Below are positions 8,614-17,795 of a DNA stretch of 64,000 nt, one piece after another. The stretch comes from Patescibacteria group bacterium (GTDB taxonomy: Bacteria; Patescibacteriota; WWE3; UBA101185; UBA10185): assembly GCA_032117075.1 (NCBI GenBank), contig JAUMAA010000001.1, forward strand, positions 13,597-77,596, in the 5' to 3' direction. The notes under the pieces were generated by a model. That model was not told the DNA's origin and ran no database searches. It saw nothing but the letters and a program-made list of their open reading frames with translations. Position numbers and translations under genes: made by a program. How positions within the stretch are numbered: the first letter of the stretch is position 1; each line of letters begins with the position of its first letter.

Positions 8614-9447
8614 ATGTTTAATAGAGCTTTTTTGGCCTATCTTTTATTTATTTTACTAATACCTGCTTGGGTTTTTCTATACTTTTCTTTATTTGATAAC
8701 TATTTAAATATAGAAACTGCTAGAAATCAGAATGTAGCTTCTTTTAAATCTGTTGAAATAAGGCCCCAATCTAAAAGGATTCCTGTTTTAATGTATCATT
8801 ATGTGGAAATTAACCAGGATAAGAAAGACTACCTAAGAGACAACTTAAATACTAACCCCTACATTTTTGAGAAACAAATTCTAACCTTTAAGAATGCTGG
8901 ATATGAGTTTATATGGGCATCTGAGTTACCAAAAGCTCTTTCTGATAAATCAGATAAAAAATATGTGGTTTTCACTTTTGATGATGGTTATGAAACATTT
9001 TATTTACAGACTTACCCTATTATTAAAAAACATGGAATTAAAGTAACAAATTATTTGATTGCTGATTTTATAGGTAAGAAAAATTACCTTAGTAAATCTC
9101 AGATTCAAAAAATATATTCTGAAGGTCTGCTTGAAATAGGTTCCCATACTTTAAATCATCCAGGACTAACTCTAATTTCTAAAAATGAGGCTCTTTTTCA
9201 ACTCACTGATTCCAAGAGAAAATTAGAAAATACCTTTGGAACTAAGGTAGTTTCTTTTTGCTACCCTTACGGTTTTTACAATCCTGAGATTGCCTCTTTG
9301 GTTAAGGATGTAGGGTACACTAATGCCACTACTACTAAACTAGGCACTGTTGTATATGATGACAAACTTTTTGAAGTAAATCGTCTAAGGCCTGGAATAA
9401 TGGTTGATAGTGAACTTTTAAAATATGTTGATTCTATTAATTACTAA
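8614..9447 (+). CDS. polysaccharide deacetylase (NodB/CE4 family), membrane-anchored
   Basis: N-terminal TM helix; NodB motifs VVFTFDDGYETFY and IGSHTLNHP. Confidence 0.75.
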   Translation: MFNRAFLAYLLFILLIPAWVFLYFSLFDNYLNIETARNQNVASFKSVEIRPQSKRIPVLMYHYVEINQDKKDYLRDNLNTNPYIFEKQILTFKNAGYEFIWASELPKALSDKSDKKYVVFTFDDGYETFYLQTYPIIKKHGIKVTNYLIADFIGKKNYLSKSQIQKIYSEGLLEIGSHTLNHPGLTLISKNEALFQLTDSKRKLENTFGTKVVSFCYPYGFYNPEIASLVKDVGYTNATTTKLGTVVYDDKLFEVNRLRPGIMVDSELLKYVDSINY

Positions 9448-10726
9448 TTTTTAAAAGTTCACTAAAATTTGTGGTAAATCTATCGCTTCTTTTCTCTGTT
9501 TTCATTTTCCATTCTTTTTTAATTCCGTTTGAAGCAAATGAGACCGTATTGTTTCCTAATTTGTGATTTAACTCATCTATTTTAGAGATAAGTAAATCTT
9601 TTTTTGGACTTTTATATTGGAGTAAGTCTAAACTAAAAAGTGATGTTTGTATTTCATCTTCGTTAACAATTTCCGTTAAAAAAATACCTGCTTTTTGATA
9701 ATTATAATTTTCTTTGAATATTTGTTTGAGAAGAAATTTAGCTGCTTTAATAAGATCTGGAGTATACGAGGTTGGTTCTAGAAAATTATAGGAACGAGAA
9801 TTGGAGTATTGTTTATCGTTCACTCTAAAATGATTTGTTCTGATAAAAACAGTTATTTTTTTACATTTAGAATTTTGATTTCTTAATTTCTCTGAGGCAG
9901 TAGTTGTATAAGTAGAAATTGCTTCATTTAATTCTTTAAAAGAAGAAGTAACTCTTCCAAAAGATCTAGAAGAACAAATCCCTTTTTTATTGGGGGTTTC
10001 GTATTCCAGAGGAATACACGAAACCCCCTTTAATTCATTCTGTGTTTTTAGTCCGTTAATAGTCATTATTTTTTGAATAAACTTTGGATTAGAATATTTA
10101 AAGTCATAAGCTGTATTAATATTTTCTGCATATAACTTTTTACTGTATTGCCTACCTATTCCCCAAACATCATTAACATCTAAATTTTTGAGCAGTTCAT
10201 CAATTTCATTTTCCGACTTATCAACTAATGATAGAACTCCTCCAAAACATTTATCTTTTTTGACAAATTGATTAGCCACTTTTGAAAGAGTTTTGGTTGG
10301 AGCAATTCCTATAGAAACAGGAATCCCGACCCAACTCAAAACTCTTTCTCTAAGCTTTCTTCCGTATTCCTCATAGTTATCTGTATGAATTCTTTTTAAA
10401 TTAACAAAAGCTTCGTCAATAGAATAAATTTCTATATCGGGACTGAATGTAAATAATGTTTGAACTACTCTATTTGAGATATCTCCATAAAGTTCATAGT
10501 TTGATGAGTAAACTTTTAATCCTTCTTTTTCTACTAAATCTTTTATTTTAAAAAAGGGTTCTCCCATTTTAATTCCTAATTTTTTAGCTTCGTTTGATCT
10601 TGCAACACAACAACCATCGTTATTTGATAAAACGACCACTGGTTTATTTTCTAACCTAGGATTAAAAATTCTTTCGCAGGAGACATAAAAATTGTTGCAA
10701 TCAACCAAAGCAAAAATATTTTTCAT
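9437..10726 (-). CDS. umuC: Y-family translesion DNA polymerase (UmuC/DinB-like)
   Basis: N-terminus ALVDCNNFYVSCERIFNPRLENKPVVVLSNNDGCCVARSNEAKKLGIKMGEP...SIDEAF, typical of UmuC/DinB. 4-nt overlap with the upstream S24 peptidase gene. Confidence 0.85.
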   Translation of the reverse strand: MKNIFALVDCNNFYVSCERIFNPRLENKPVVVLSNNDGCCVARSNEAKKLGIKMGEPFFKIKDLVEKEGLKVYSSNYELYGDISNRVVQTLFTFSPDIEIYSIDEAFVNLKRIHTDNYEEYGRKLRERVLSWVGIPVSIGIAPTKTLSKVANQFVKKDKCFGGVLSLVDKSENEIDELLKNLDVNDVWGIGRQYSKKLYAENINTAYDFKYSNPKFIQKIMTINGLKTQNELKGVSCIPLEYETPNKKGICSSRSFGRVTSSFKELNEAISTYTTTASEKLRNQNSKCKKITVFIRTNHFRVNDKQYSNSRSYNFLEPTSYTPDLIKAAKFLLKQIFKENYNYQKAGIFLTEIVNEDEIQTSLFSLDLLQYKSPKKDLLISKIDELNHKLGNNTVSFASNGIKKEWKMKTEKRSDRFTTNFSELLKISN

Positions 10727-11121
10727 AAATTTGGGTTATGAATAACAAAAGTTACAACACCCCAGATTTTGAAATCATCATCTTCTTTGATTTCAAAATC
10801 TTTATATTTGTTGTTTTCAGGTCTTAAAAAAACTTTATTTTTTTCTTTGATAAGTCTTTTAACAGTAAACTCACCGTTTAAAGTAGCAATAATTACATTC
10901 TTATGGGAGGAGGTGACCGATTTATCTACAATTAAAATATCTCCAGGAAAGATTCCTGCATTAATCATTGAATCTCCTAAAGCTCTAACTAAGAAAGTAG
11001 CAGGTTTATTTCTAATTAAAATATCGTTTAGATCTATTGATTTATCTATATAATCAGAAGCAGGGCTGGGAAAACCAGCATAAACAGGGCTTAGAAATAG
11101 ATCCAATTCCATCTTCTTCAT
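10723..11121 (-). CDS. umuD: UmuD-like S24 peptidase (LexA-type self-cleaving domain without an N-terminal HTH)
   Basis: AGFPSPASDY (cleavage-site region), GDSMINAGIFPGDILIVDK (Ser nucleophile) and ...VKRLI... (Lys). 132 aa is the size of UmuD rather than LexA. Confidence 0.8.
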   Translation of the reverse strand: MKKMELDLFLSPVYAGFPSPASDYIDKSIDLNDILIRNKPATFLVRALGDSMINAGIFPGDILIVDKSVTSSHKNVIIATLNGEFTVKRLIKEKNKVFLRPENNKYKDFEIKEDDDFKIWGVVTFVIHNPNL

Positions 11122-11219
11122 ATTCTAATAATATACGAAAAAAACACGAAAAGGAAGATATTAGATTTATAATTTGGTGATAAAATAGGTGAAGTAATAA
11201 ATAAAGAAAGGACAAAATT

Positions 11220-11483
11220 ATGATTACATTAGTAGATTTTTATGCAGATTGGTGCGGCCCATGTAAGGCAATGAAGCCAATATTTTCTGAGTTAGAAGAG
11301 GAAATGAAAGGTAAAGTAGAATTTAAAAAAGTTGATGTCGATGCTAACGAAGAAGAGGCAGCAAAGAACGGAGTAAGAAACATACCAACATTTATTATTT
11401 TTAAAAATGGAGTTGAGATTTCTAGAAAATCCGGAGCTATGCCAAAGCAAGTTTTAAAAGACTGGATTTCTTCAACTTTATAA
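11220..11483 (+). CDS. trxA: thioredoxin
   Basis: WCGPCK active site; 87 aa. Confidence 0.9.
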   Translation: MITLVDFYADWCGPCKAMKPIFSELEEEMKGKVEFKKVDVDANEEEAAKNGVRNIPTFIIFKNGVEISRKSGAMPKQVLKDWISSTL

Positions 11484-11497
11484 TTTAATATAAAAAC

Positions 11498-12511
11498 ATG
11501 CCCATTAAACTTGCAATTAACGGTTTTGGAAGAATAGGTAGATGTTGTTTTAAAATAGCATTTGATAATCCAGAATTAGAGGTTGTTGTAATCAACGACT
11601 TAATGCCCATAGAAACTGCAGCTTATCTTCTTCAAAGAGATACCGCATATGGCACTTATGAAAAAGAAGTGAAGATTGTAGATGGAAATATCTCTGTTGA
11701 TGGAAAAATAATCAAGTATATTTCAGAAAAAGAACCAAATAATTTACCTTGGTCTGAAAACAGTATCGACACTGTTTTTGAATGCACAGGAAGATTTGTG
11801 GAAAATGGTGCTGCTAAAGTTCATATTGAAAGAGGTGCTAAAAAAGTAATTCTTTCAGCACCTGCCAAGGGAGAAGGTAATGTCCCAACATTTTTACTAG
11901 GAGTCAATCACTCAAACTATCTAGGACAAAATATTATTTCAAATGCTTCTTGTACAACCAACTGTGTAGCACCTGTTTTACATGTAATGCATAAAAAATT
12001 TGGTGTTTTAAAATCTGTGATGACTACTATTCATGCAACAACCAACACCGAGGCAGTAGTTGATTCACCTCCTCCAGGAGGAGGAAAAGATTTAAGAAGA
12101 GGAAGAGCAAGTGCCCATAATATGGTTCCTACCACGACTGGTGCGGCTATTGCAGCTACCAAAACAATACCAGATTTAAAAGATAAATTTGACGGAACTG
12201 CTGTTAGGGTACCAATTGTGGTTGGTTCTATTAGTGACATAGTTATGGTGATGTCCAAAAAAGTAACAGTTGAAGAAGTGAACGAAGCCTTCAAAGAAGC
12301 AGCAAGCGATCCTAAAATGATGGGTGTCTTGGCAGTTTCTGATAATGAAAATTTAGTTTCTTCCGATATTATTAAAAGCCCATATTCATCGATTGTAGAT
12401 TTGGAGCTAACAAAAGTAGTTGATGGCGACTTGGTAAAAGTTGTTGCTTGGTACGATAACGAATGGGGTTACTCTTGCAGAATGATTGATATGGCACTTC
12501 TTACTGCCTAA
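11498..12511 (+). CDS. gap: glyceraldehyde-3-phosphate dehydrogenase
   Basis: INGFGRIGR NAD-binding motif; ASCTTNC active site; WYDNEWGYS near the C-terminus. Confidence 0.95.
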   Translation: MPIKLAINGFGRIGRCCFKIAFDNPELEVVVINDLMPIETAAYLLQRDTAYGTYEKEVKIVDGNISVDGKIIKYISEKEPNNLPWSENSIDTVFECTGRFVENGAAKVHIERGAKKVILSAPAKGEGNVPTFLLGVNHSNYLGQNIISNASCTTNCVAPVLHVMHKKFGVLKSVMTTIHATTNTEAVVDSPPPGGGKDLRRGRASAHNMVPTTTGAAIAATKTIPDLKDKFDGTAVRVPIVVGSISDIVMVMSKKVTVEEVNEAFKEAASDPKMMGVLAVSDNENLVSSDIIKSPYSSIVDLELTKVVDGDLVKVVAWYDNEWGYSCRMIDMALLTA

Positions 12512-12527
12512 ATGTTAAAATATTTAA

Positions 12528-13490
12528 ATGAAATCTCTTCAAACAGCAGATTTAAATGGAAAAAAAGTTTTAATTAGATGCGACTTGGATGTGTTAGATG
12601 AGAATGGTGAAATTAAAGAAACTTTTAGACTATCATCATCCCTTAGGACTATTAATTATATTTTAGAAAACGGGGGTTTTGCCTACATATGTGGTCATAT
12701 AGGCAAAACCCAAAATCCTAATTTAAAATTTTCAACTCAAAAGTTAGCTGAATTTTTTTCGAATAATTTAAAAAATAATAATTATGAGATATTAGAAAAT
12801 CTAAGATTTAATGAAGGTGAAGAAAAGAATGACGATTCGTTTGCTAAAGAATTAACTGTTGGAAAAGATATTTATGTTAACGAAAGTTTTGCAACCTCTC
12901 ACAGAGATCATGCCTCTATAACTGGAGTTACAAAATTTTTACCTTCATATCTAGGTTTTCATTTCGAGGATGAGATAGAAAATTTAAAATATGTTTTAGA
13001 TAATAATCACAAACCTCTGACTGTAATAATTGGTGGTGCAAAAATTGAATCAAAAAAACCTACTATCGATAGATTTTTAAATGTTGCAAATTATATTTTG
13101 GTAGGTGGAAAATTATCCCAAGAAGAGTCTTTAAAAAATAATCAAAAAATAATCTTAGCTACTGATACAGTTGATGGTTTTGATATTGGTGAAGAAACAA
13201 TAAAAAAGTTCAGTGAAATAATTTTTGAATCAAAAACTATCTTTTGGTCCGGTCCACTTGGAAAAATTGAAGATGAGAAATACCAAAGAGGTACAATTCA
13301 AATTGCAGATTTGATTTCTAAATCAGGTGCTTACTCGGTTGTAGGAGGTGGTGACACATTAGCATTTTTAGAAGATAATAATTTAACTCATAAATTTAGT
13401 TTTGTTAGTGTAGGTGGGTCTGCTCTACTTGAATTCCTAAGTACCGGAACTCTTTTAGGATTAGAGGCAATAAGAAAAGTTAATGGCTAA
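12528..13490 (+). CDS. pgk: phosphoglycerate kinase (compact, 320 aa)
   Basis: LIRCDLDV, LENLRFNEGEEKND, GGGDTLAF and GGSALLEFL match the PGK N- and C-domain motifs. About 70 aa shorter than E. coli PGK. Confidence 0.85.
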   Translation: MKSLQTADLNGKKVLIRCDLDVLDENGEIKETFRLSSSLRTINYILENGGFAYICGHIGKTQNPNLKFSTQKLAEFFSNNLKNNNYEILENLRFNEGEEKNDDSFAKELTVGKDIYVNESFATSHRDHASITGVTKFLPSYLGFHFEDEIENLKYVLDNNHKPLTVIIGGAKIESKKPTIDRFLNVANYILVGGKLSQEESLKNNQKIILATDTVDGFDIGEETIKKFSEIIFESKTIFWSGPLGKIEDEKYQRGTIQIADLISKSGAYSVVGGGDTLAFLEDNNLTHKFSFVSVGGSALLEFLSTGTLLGLEAIRKVNG

Positions 13491-13752
13491 AAAAATTTTA
13501 AAAGCAACATTTGAAAATAGATGTAACGGTTGCGAACTTTGTGTTCTTGAAGTTCAAAGACAACTAGGAAGAGTAGGATTAACAGATGCTCCTATTAGAA
13601 TTCTTAGGGATTCTTCCAAAAATACAGTTTACTTCCATGTCGATATTGATCCAAGTGTAAATAATTTAAATTTAAAAGAAGTAATTAAAGTTTGCCCAAC
13701 ATCGGTTTTTGAAATAATGGAGGAAGAGGATGAAGATACCTACATCGGTTAA
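13483..13752 (+). CDS. small single-cluster [4Fe-4S] ferredoxin-like protein
   Basis: CNGCELC (CxxCxxC) plus a distal ...VCP... Overlaps the pgk stop by 8 nt and the next ORF by 23 nt. Confidence 0.5.
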   Translation: MAKKILKATFENRCNGCELCVLEVQRQLGRVGLTDAPIRILRDSSKNTVYFHVDIDPSVNNLNLKEVIKVCPTSVFEIMEEEDEDTYIG

Positions 13753-14584
13753 AAATATTTTAGAAATAGACTTAGAAAAGAAAACTTATCATATAAGATC
13801 CAGAAGTGACTTAAATGATATTTTAGGAGGTGTTGGACTCTCATTAAAACTTTATTCAGAGTTTAAAGAAGAGAAACCTGTCATTTTTTCAGTAGGCCCC
13901 TTGAATGGATTTTTCCCTTTTGCTTCTAAAACCTCAGTCATGTTTGGTGTAAAAAATAAAGTTTATGATTACTATATTGGAGGATCTCTCTCGTCTAGAA
14001 TAAAATTTTGCAATATTGATTCTATTGTTTTACTGGGTAGATCTAAATCAGAAGTATTTATTGAAATTCATAATCAAGAAGTGACTTTTTTAGATTATGG
14101 TGTTGAGTTTGAATCTCACGGACTTCCCGGAAAGAGAAGTTTGATTGAATTTAAAACAAACAAATATTTATTGGATAATTATTTTAGATTTTCTGGAAGT
14201 GAGGCCGATTCAATTTTGCATTACAAAAAAGTTTTAGGGATAGTTATTTCTGGATCTTTTAATTTTACAATTCCTGATCAAAAAGAATACGATGAACTTT
14301 ACAAACAAATTCTGCAAAAATACCAGAGATTAACTGTTGAAAAAGGAGAATTCCCTTCTTGTAGTGGGTGTCCTATGGGTTGTTCAAAATCAAATATTGG
14401 TGAAAAGAATGGTAGCTTACTTGCTCATTCTTTGGTTGGTTGTAACTTTGCTTCAAAATTATTTAATAATCATGATTTAATCATTTCTTGTTTAAATATT
14501 TTAGGTTATGAATATACTCACGAAGATATAGAAAAATATCTACAAACTTTATACAATTTAAAGAAGGATTATATATTTCAATGA
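13730..14584 (+). CDS. aldehyde:ferredoxin oxidoreductase (AOR)-family N-terminal-half protein, 284 aa, lacking the pterin-binding domains
   Basis: Matches the AOR domain-1 pattern seen in P. furiosus AOR (remembered alignment): LGGVGLSLKLY (GGrGLg), KPVIFSVGPLNGF (nkLiiaaGPLTGt) and GGSLSSRIKFCNIDSIVLLGRSKSEVFIEIHNQEVTFLD (LKfAGyDaivveGkaekPvyiyI.d..iei.DA). The downstream SCSGCPMGC corresponds to the AOR cluster ligands CyaCpiGC. The ORF ends about 70 aa later at TGA, which overlaps the tpiA ATG. Confidence 0.5.
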   Translation: MKIPTSVKNILEIDLEKKTYHIRSRSDLNDILGGVGLSLKLYSEFKEEKPVIFSVGPLNGFFPFASKTSVMFGVKNKVYDYYIGGSLSSRIKFCNIDSIVLLGRSKSEVFIEIHNQEVTFLDYGVEFESHGLPGKRSLIEFKTNKYLLDNYFRFSGSEADSILHYKKVLGIVISGSFNFTIPDQKEYDELYKQILQKYQRLTVEKGEFPSCSGCPMGCSKSNIGEKNGSLLAHSLVGCNFASKLFNNHDLIISCLNILGYEYTHEDIEKYLQTLYNLKKDYIFQ

Positions 14585-15270
14585 GCATCTTTGGAGAAGA
14601 AAAATTTATTATTGCGAATTTTAAACAGAGTGGGGGAGTTGAAGATTCTTTAACTTGGATTAAGGAGTTTAAATCTGGGATAGATTTACTAGGCGAGTTA
14701 AAGGTTAATATTGTAGTTTGTCCTTCCTTTCCATTACTTGATTTATTTCAAAGAGAAATTTCAAAAGAGACTTATTTTAAAAAAAGATTATTTTTGGGTT
14801 CACAAAATATTTCAGAACGAGATAATCTTGAAAACACAGGAGAAGTTTCATCAAAATTACTTTCTGAATTTGTGAATTTTTCTCTAGTTGGGCATTCCGA
14901 AAGAAAAGAAAACTTTGATGAAGTTACTAGAAAATATGAACAAGCAATTCAAAGTGGGATAGTCCCGATTGTTTGTTTTTACGAAAATAAAGCAGTTTAT
15001 TCTTTTGAAAATTGTCTTTTTGCTTACGAAGATCCCAAGTCTATTAGTAAAGAAGGGGTTTACCAAGAAAAAGATTTTAACGAATTAGTTGGGATTATTG
15101 AGGACTTAAAAGAGTTATTTGATTCAAAACCAGTTCTATATGGCGGGTCTGTAAAGCCAGAAAATGTTCAAATGATAAAGGACTTAAACTTTTTCAAAGG
15201 GGTGTTAGTTGGGAGAAGTTCCCTTGACCCAAAAACATTTATTGAAATTATAAAAATATATAATAAATAG
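14581..15270 (+). CDS. tpiA: triosephosphate isomerase
   Basis: ANFKQSG (N/K active-site region); VGHSERK (His/Glu catalytic motif); GGSVKPEN near the C-terminus. Confidence 0.85.
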   Translation: MSIFGEEKFIIANFKQSGGVEDSLTWIKEFKSGIDLLGELKVNIVVCPSFPLLDLFQREISKETYFKKRLFLGSQNISERDNLENTGEVSSKLLSEFVNFSLVGHSERKENFDEVTRKYEQAIQSGIVPIVCFYENKAVYSFENCLFAYEDPKSISKEGVYQEKDFNELVGIIEDLKELFDSKPVLYGGSVKPENVQMIKDLNFFKGVLVGRSSLDPKTFIEIIKIYNK

Positions 15271-15287
15271 GAGTAAAATTAAATACT

Positions 15288-16319
15288 ATGAAGAAAAATT
15301 ATAAAAATATCTTGTTAATTGTTTTGTTTATGTTGGTATTACCAATTTTTGTTTTTAGTTACATTTTTGGGTTTAGTAATTTAAACTTGCTAAATCCTAT
15401 AAAAATAGCTAATGATATCTCAAGGCCAGACCTTAAATCGACAGACGGAAGAATTAATATTTTGATTTTAGGAATAGATAAAAGGGATGAGGGAAATACT
15501 GTTAAATCTGTTTTAACTGACTCCATCCTAGTAGCTTCAATTGGTATTAATGAGAAAAATGTAACTCTTATTTCGTTACCTAGAGACTTATGGGTAGAAA
15601 GTAGAATAGGAATTAAAGCTAAAATTAATTCTGTCTACAACCAATACGACCAAAGAACTGGAAAGATTTTGGGACCAGAAGGAACTAAAGATGTAGTTGA
15701 GGAAGTTTTGGGAATACCTGTTCATTATAATGTCACTATTAACTTTGAGGTTTTTAAAAAAATTATTGATACCTTAGGGGGTATTGAGGTTGATATTGAA
15801 AATACATTTACCGATAACGAATATCCAATAGAAGGAAAAGAAAATGCACCGATGAATGAAAGATATGAAACTATAACTTTTACTAAGGGAAAAGAAAAAA
15901 TGAATGGTGAGAGAGCTTTAAAATATGTAAGATCAAGACATGGTCAGGGTGAGGAAGGGACAGATTTTGCAAGAAGTAAGAGACAGCAAAAAGTTATCTT
16001 AGCTATTAAGGATAAGATGATGACAGCTTCAACTTTAATTGACTTACCAAAATTAAAAGAGCTTTTTGAAATTTATGAAAAGGATGTTGAGACAAATATT
16101 ACCAACGAAGATTTAACAAAGTTTTATTCTTTGTATAGATTGATTAATTTTGAAAATTTCAAAAGAATAGTCTTAGATGATAGAAGCGATGCAGAAGCTG
16201 GAGGTATTCTTTATTCACCAGAAGATACAACTGCTTATGGCGGTGCATATGTTTTGATACCAAGATCTGGAGACTTTTCTCAGATACATGCCTATGTTAA
16301 GAAGTATTTATTTGAATAA
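15288..16319 (+). CDS. LytR-CpsA-Psr (LCP) family cell-wall polymer transferase
   Basis: N-terminal TM helix; the LCP core RINILILGIDKRDEG...DSILVASI...LISLPRD. Confidence 0.85.
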   Translation: MKKNYKNILLIVLFMLVLPIFVFSYIFGFSNLNLLNPIKIANDISRPDLKSTDGRINILILGIDKRDEGNTVKSVLTDSILVASIGINEKNVTLISLPRDLWVESRIGIKAKINSVYNQYDQRTGKILGPEGTKDVVEEVLGIPVHYNVTINFEVFKKIIDTLGGIEVDIENTFTDNEYPIEGKENAPMNERYETITFTKGKEKMNGERALKYVRSRHGQGEEGTDFARSKRQQKVILAIKDKMMTASTLIDLPKLKELFEIYEKDVETNITNEDLTKFYSLYRLINFENFKRIVLDDRSDAEAGGILYSPEDTTAYGGAYVLIPRSGDFSQIHAYVKKYLFE

Positions 16320-16321
16320 AT

Positions 16322-17014
16322 ATGTACATATTAGCTGGTAATGATATTTCGAAAATTAGTAACACTATTAATGCTTCGATTAAGAAATATTCGTTTCAAA
16401 CGGTAAACTATATTCTTAATGAAGAAAATTCATCTGAAATTATTGCTAACTTAGACACTCCTAGTTTATTTGGTGAAAGAATACTGGGCATAGTTGATAT
16501 TACAGAAACAGAACCTGAGATTACAGAAAAATTTATCGATAGGGCAAAAGGTATAAAAGATCTTTATATCACATATCAGAAGAAGTTAGATTCTAGGACT
16601 AAGTTTGCTAAATTTTTAACTAGCCATAAAGTATTAATCTATGAACTTGATGAATCCCTAAGTCCGTTCCATTTCGGTGACTTGGTAGTAGGTCAGAAAA
16701 CAAAAGAAGCCTACCAAGAATTTTCTAATTTAGAAAAAAAAGGAATTGAAATGATTTCTTTATTTAGCGGTATAAATACCTCTTTTAGAAATATATTAAA
16801 TATAAAATTTCAAACAAATGCTAAAAAAAGTATTTTTTCAAATAAGCTAGGAATGTATAAACTAGTTTCTGATAAATTAACGGAAGATGATGTAAAAAAA
16901 ATTTATAGCATGCTAGCAGATTATGATTTAAAATTTAAAAGAGGGGAAATCTCTGAAGAAATGTTAGTAACATACACAATGAATTACATTTTAAATTATG
17001 GAAGTAATAAATAA
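16322..17014 (+). CDS. holA: DNA polymerase III delta subunit-like (short)
   Basis: N-terminal MYILAGNDISKISNTINASIKKY...LFGERILGIV resembles the HolA N-domain. Only 230 aa. Confidence 0.45.
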   Translation: MYILAGNDISKISNTINASIKKYSFQTVNYILNEENSSEIIANLDTPSLFGERILGIVDITETEPEITEKFIDRAKGIKDLYITYQKKLDSRTKFAKFLTSHKVLIYELDESLSPFHFGDLVVGQKTKEAYQEFSNLEKKGIEMISLFSGINTSFRNILNIKFQTNAKKSIFSNKLGMYKLVSDKLTEDDVKKIYSMLADYDLKFKRGEISEEMLVTYTMNYILNYGSNK

Positions 17015-17708
17015 AAATTCAAATTTTGGAAGAACAGTTAACTGGCAATTCTTTTTAAGAACAAAGGTTTATTCGTACGGCTTTATTGCAATAGGTTTGT
17101 TATTTATAGCTTCTCAATTTGTTATTCCCTTTATTCTAATTGAATCGGGAAGTTCGTACAGAGCCCCTGTTGAGAATTCGGTCTTAGGTGCTGCTACTGG
17201 ATTTAGACAAGTAAATTTTGAAGAGTTAGAGAACAAAACTAATTCTGTAGATTTACAAAGGGATTACATTGTCCCTGAGAAGTTTTTTATTCAGGTACCT
17301 AAAATTAATATTAAAAACGGGATGGTTTTAACTAACTCTTTTGAGATGAATCCAGATGATTTTATTGGTCATTATGCTGGAACATCCCTTCCAGGAGAAA
17401 ATGGAAACATGTTTCTTTATGGTCACTCTGTAATGCCTTTTCTATTTAGTGAAAAAAACTATAAAACCATCTTTTCTAACCTACATAAGTTGGAGGAGGG
17501 GGACGAGATAATAGTTAGATTCAATAATAAAAGATATGTATATGAAGTAATGGAGAAGTTTATTAAAAAGCCAGATGAAATAGATCCTCTTGATTTAGTT
17601 TCATCTGAGTTTAAGGATAATCCAACACTAAGTTTGATGACATGCACTCCTCCCGGAACAACATTGAAAAGATTAATTGTAAATGCGAAATTGAAGGAAA
17701 TTGATTAG
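16998..17708 (+). CDS. sortase (transpeptidase)
   Basis: N-terminal TM anchor; catalytic His (FLYGHSV), Cys (LSLMTCTP, the TLxTC motif) and Arg (TTLKRLIV). Confidence 0.85.
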   Translation: MEVINKNSNFGRTVNWQFFLRTKVYSYGFIAIGLLFIASQFVIPFILIESGSSYRAPVENSVLGAATGFRQVNFEELENKTNSVDLQRDYIVPEKFFIQVPKINIKNGMVLTNSFEMNPDDFIGHYAGTSLPGENGNMFLYGHSVMPFLFSEKNYKTIFSNLHKLEEGDEIIVRFNNKRYVYEVMEKFIKKPDEIDPLDLVSSEFKDNPTLSLMTCTPPGTTLKRLIVNAKLKEID

Positions 17709-17746
17709 TTACTTTTAAAAAAGCTATTATTACTACTTATTATTTT

Positions 17747-17782
17747 AAAAAAAAGGTGCGGCAAAGCCGCACCTTCTAATAT
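17747..17782. terminator. bidirectional rho-independent terminator
   Basis: aaaaaaaa-GGUGCGGC-aaa-GCCGCACC-uucuaauauu: an A-tract before and a U-rich run after a GC stem, between the convergent sortase and surface-protein genes. Confidence 0.6.
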
Positions 17783-17795
17783 TAAATCGATAGTA

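Noticed and set aside
12031-12294. Antisense ORFs inside gap, and similar short ORFs within or antisense to dnaG (4719..5104), umuD (10769..11053), tpiA, DnaJ (27875..28093), NusA, IF-2, PNPase, the 865-aa gene, alaS, ftsA-like, yqgF, miaB, ftsX and tsaB
   Set aside because: All lie entirely within better-supported genes that have clear family motifs on the other strand or frame. They are short and low-complexity, so they were treated as spurious.
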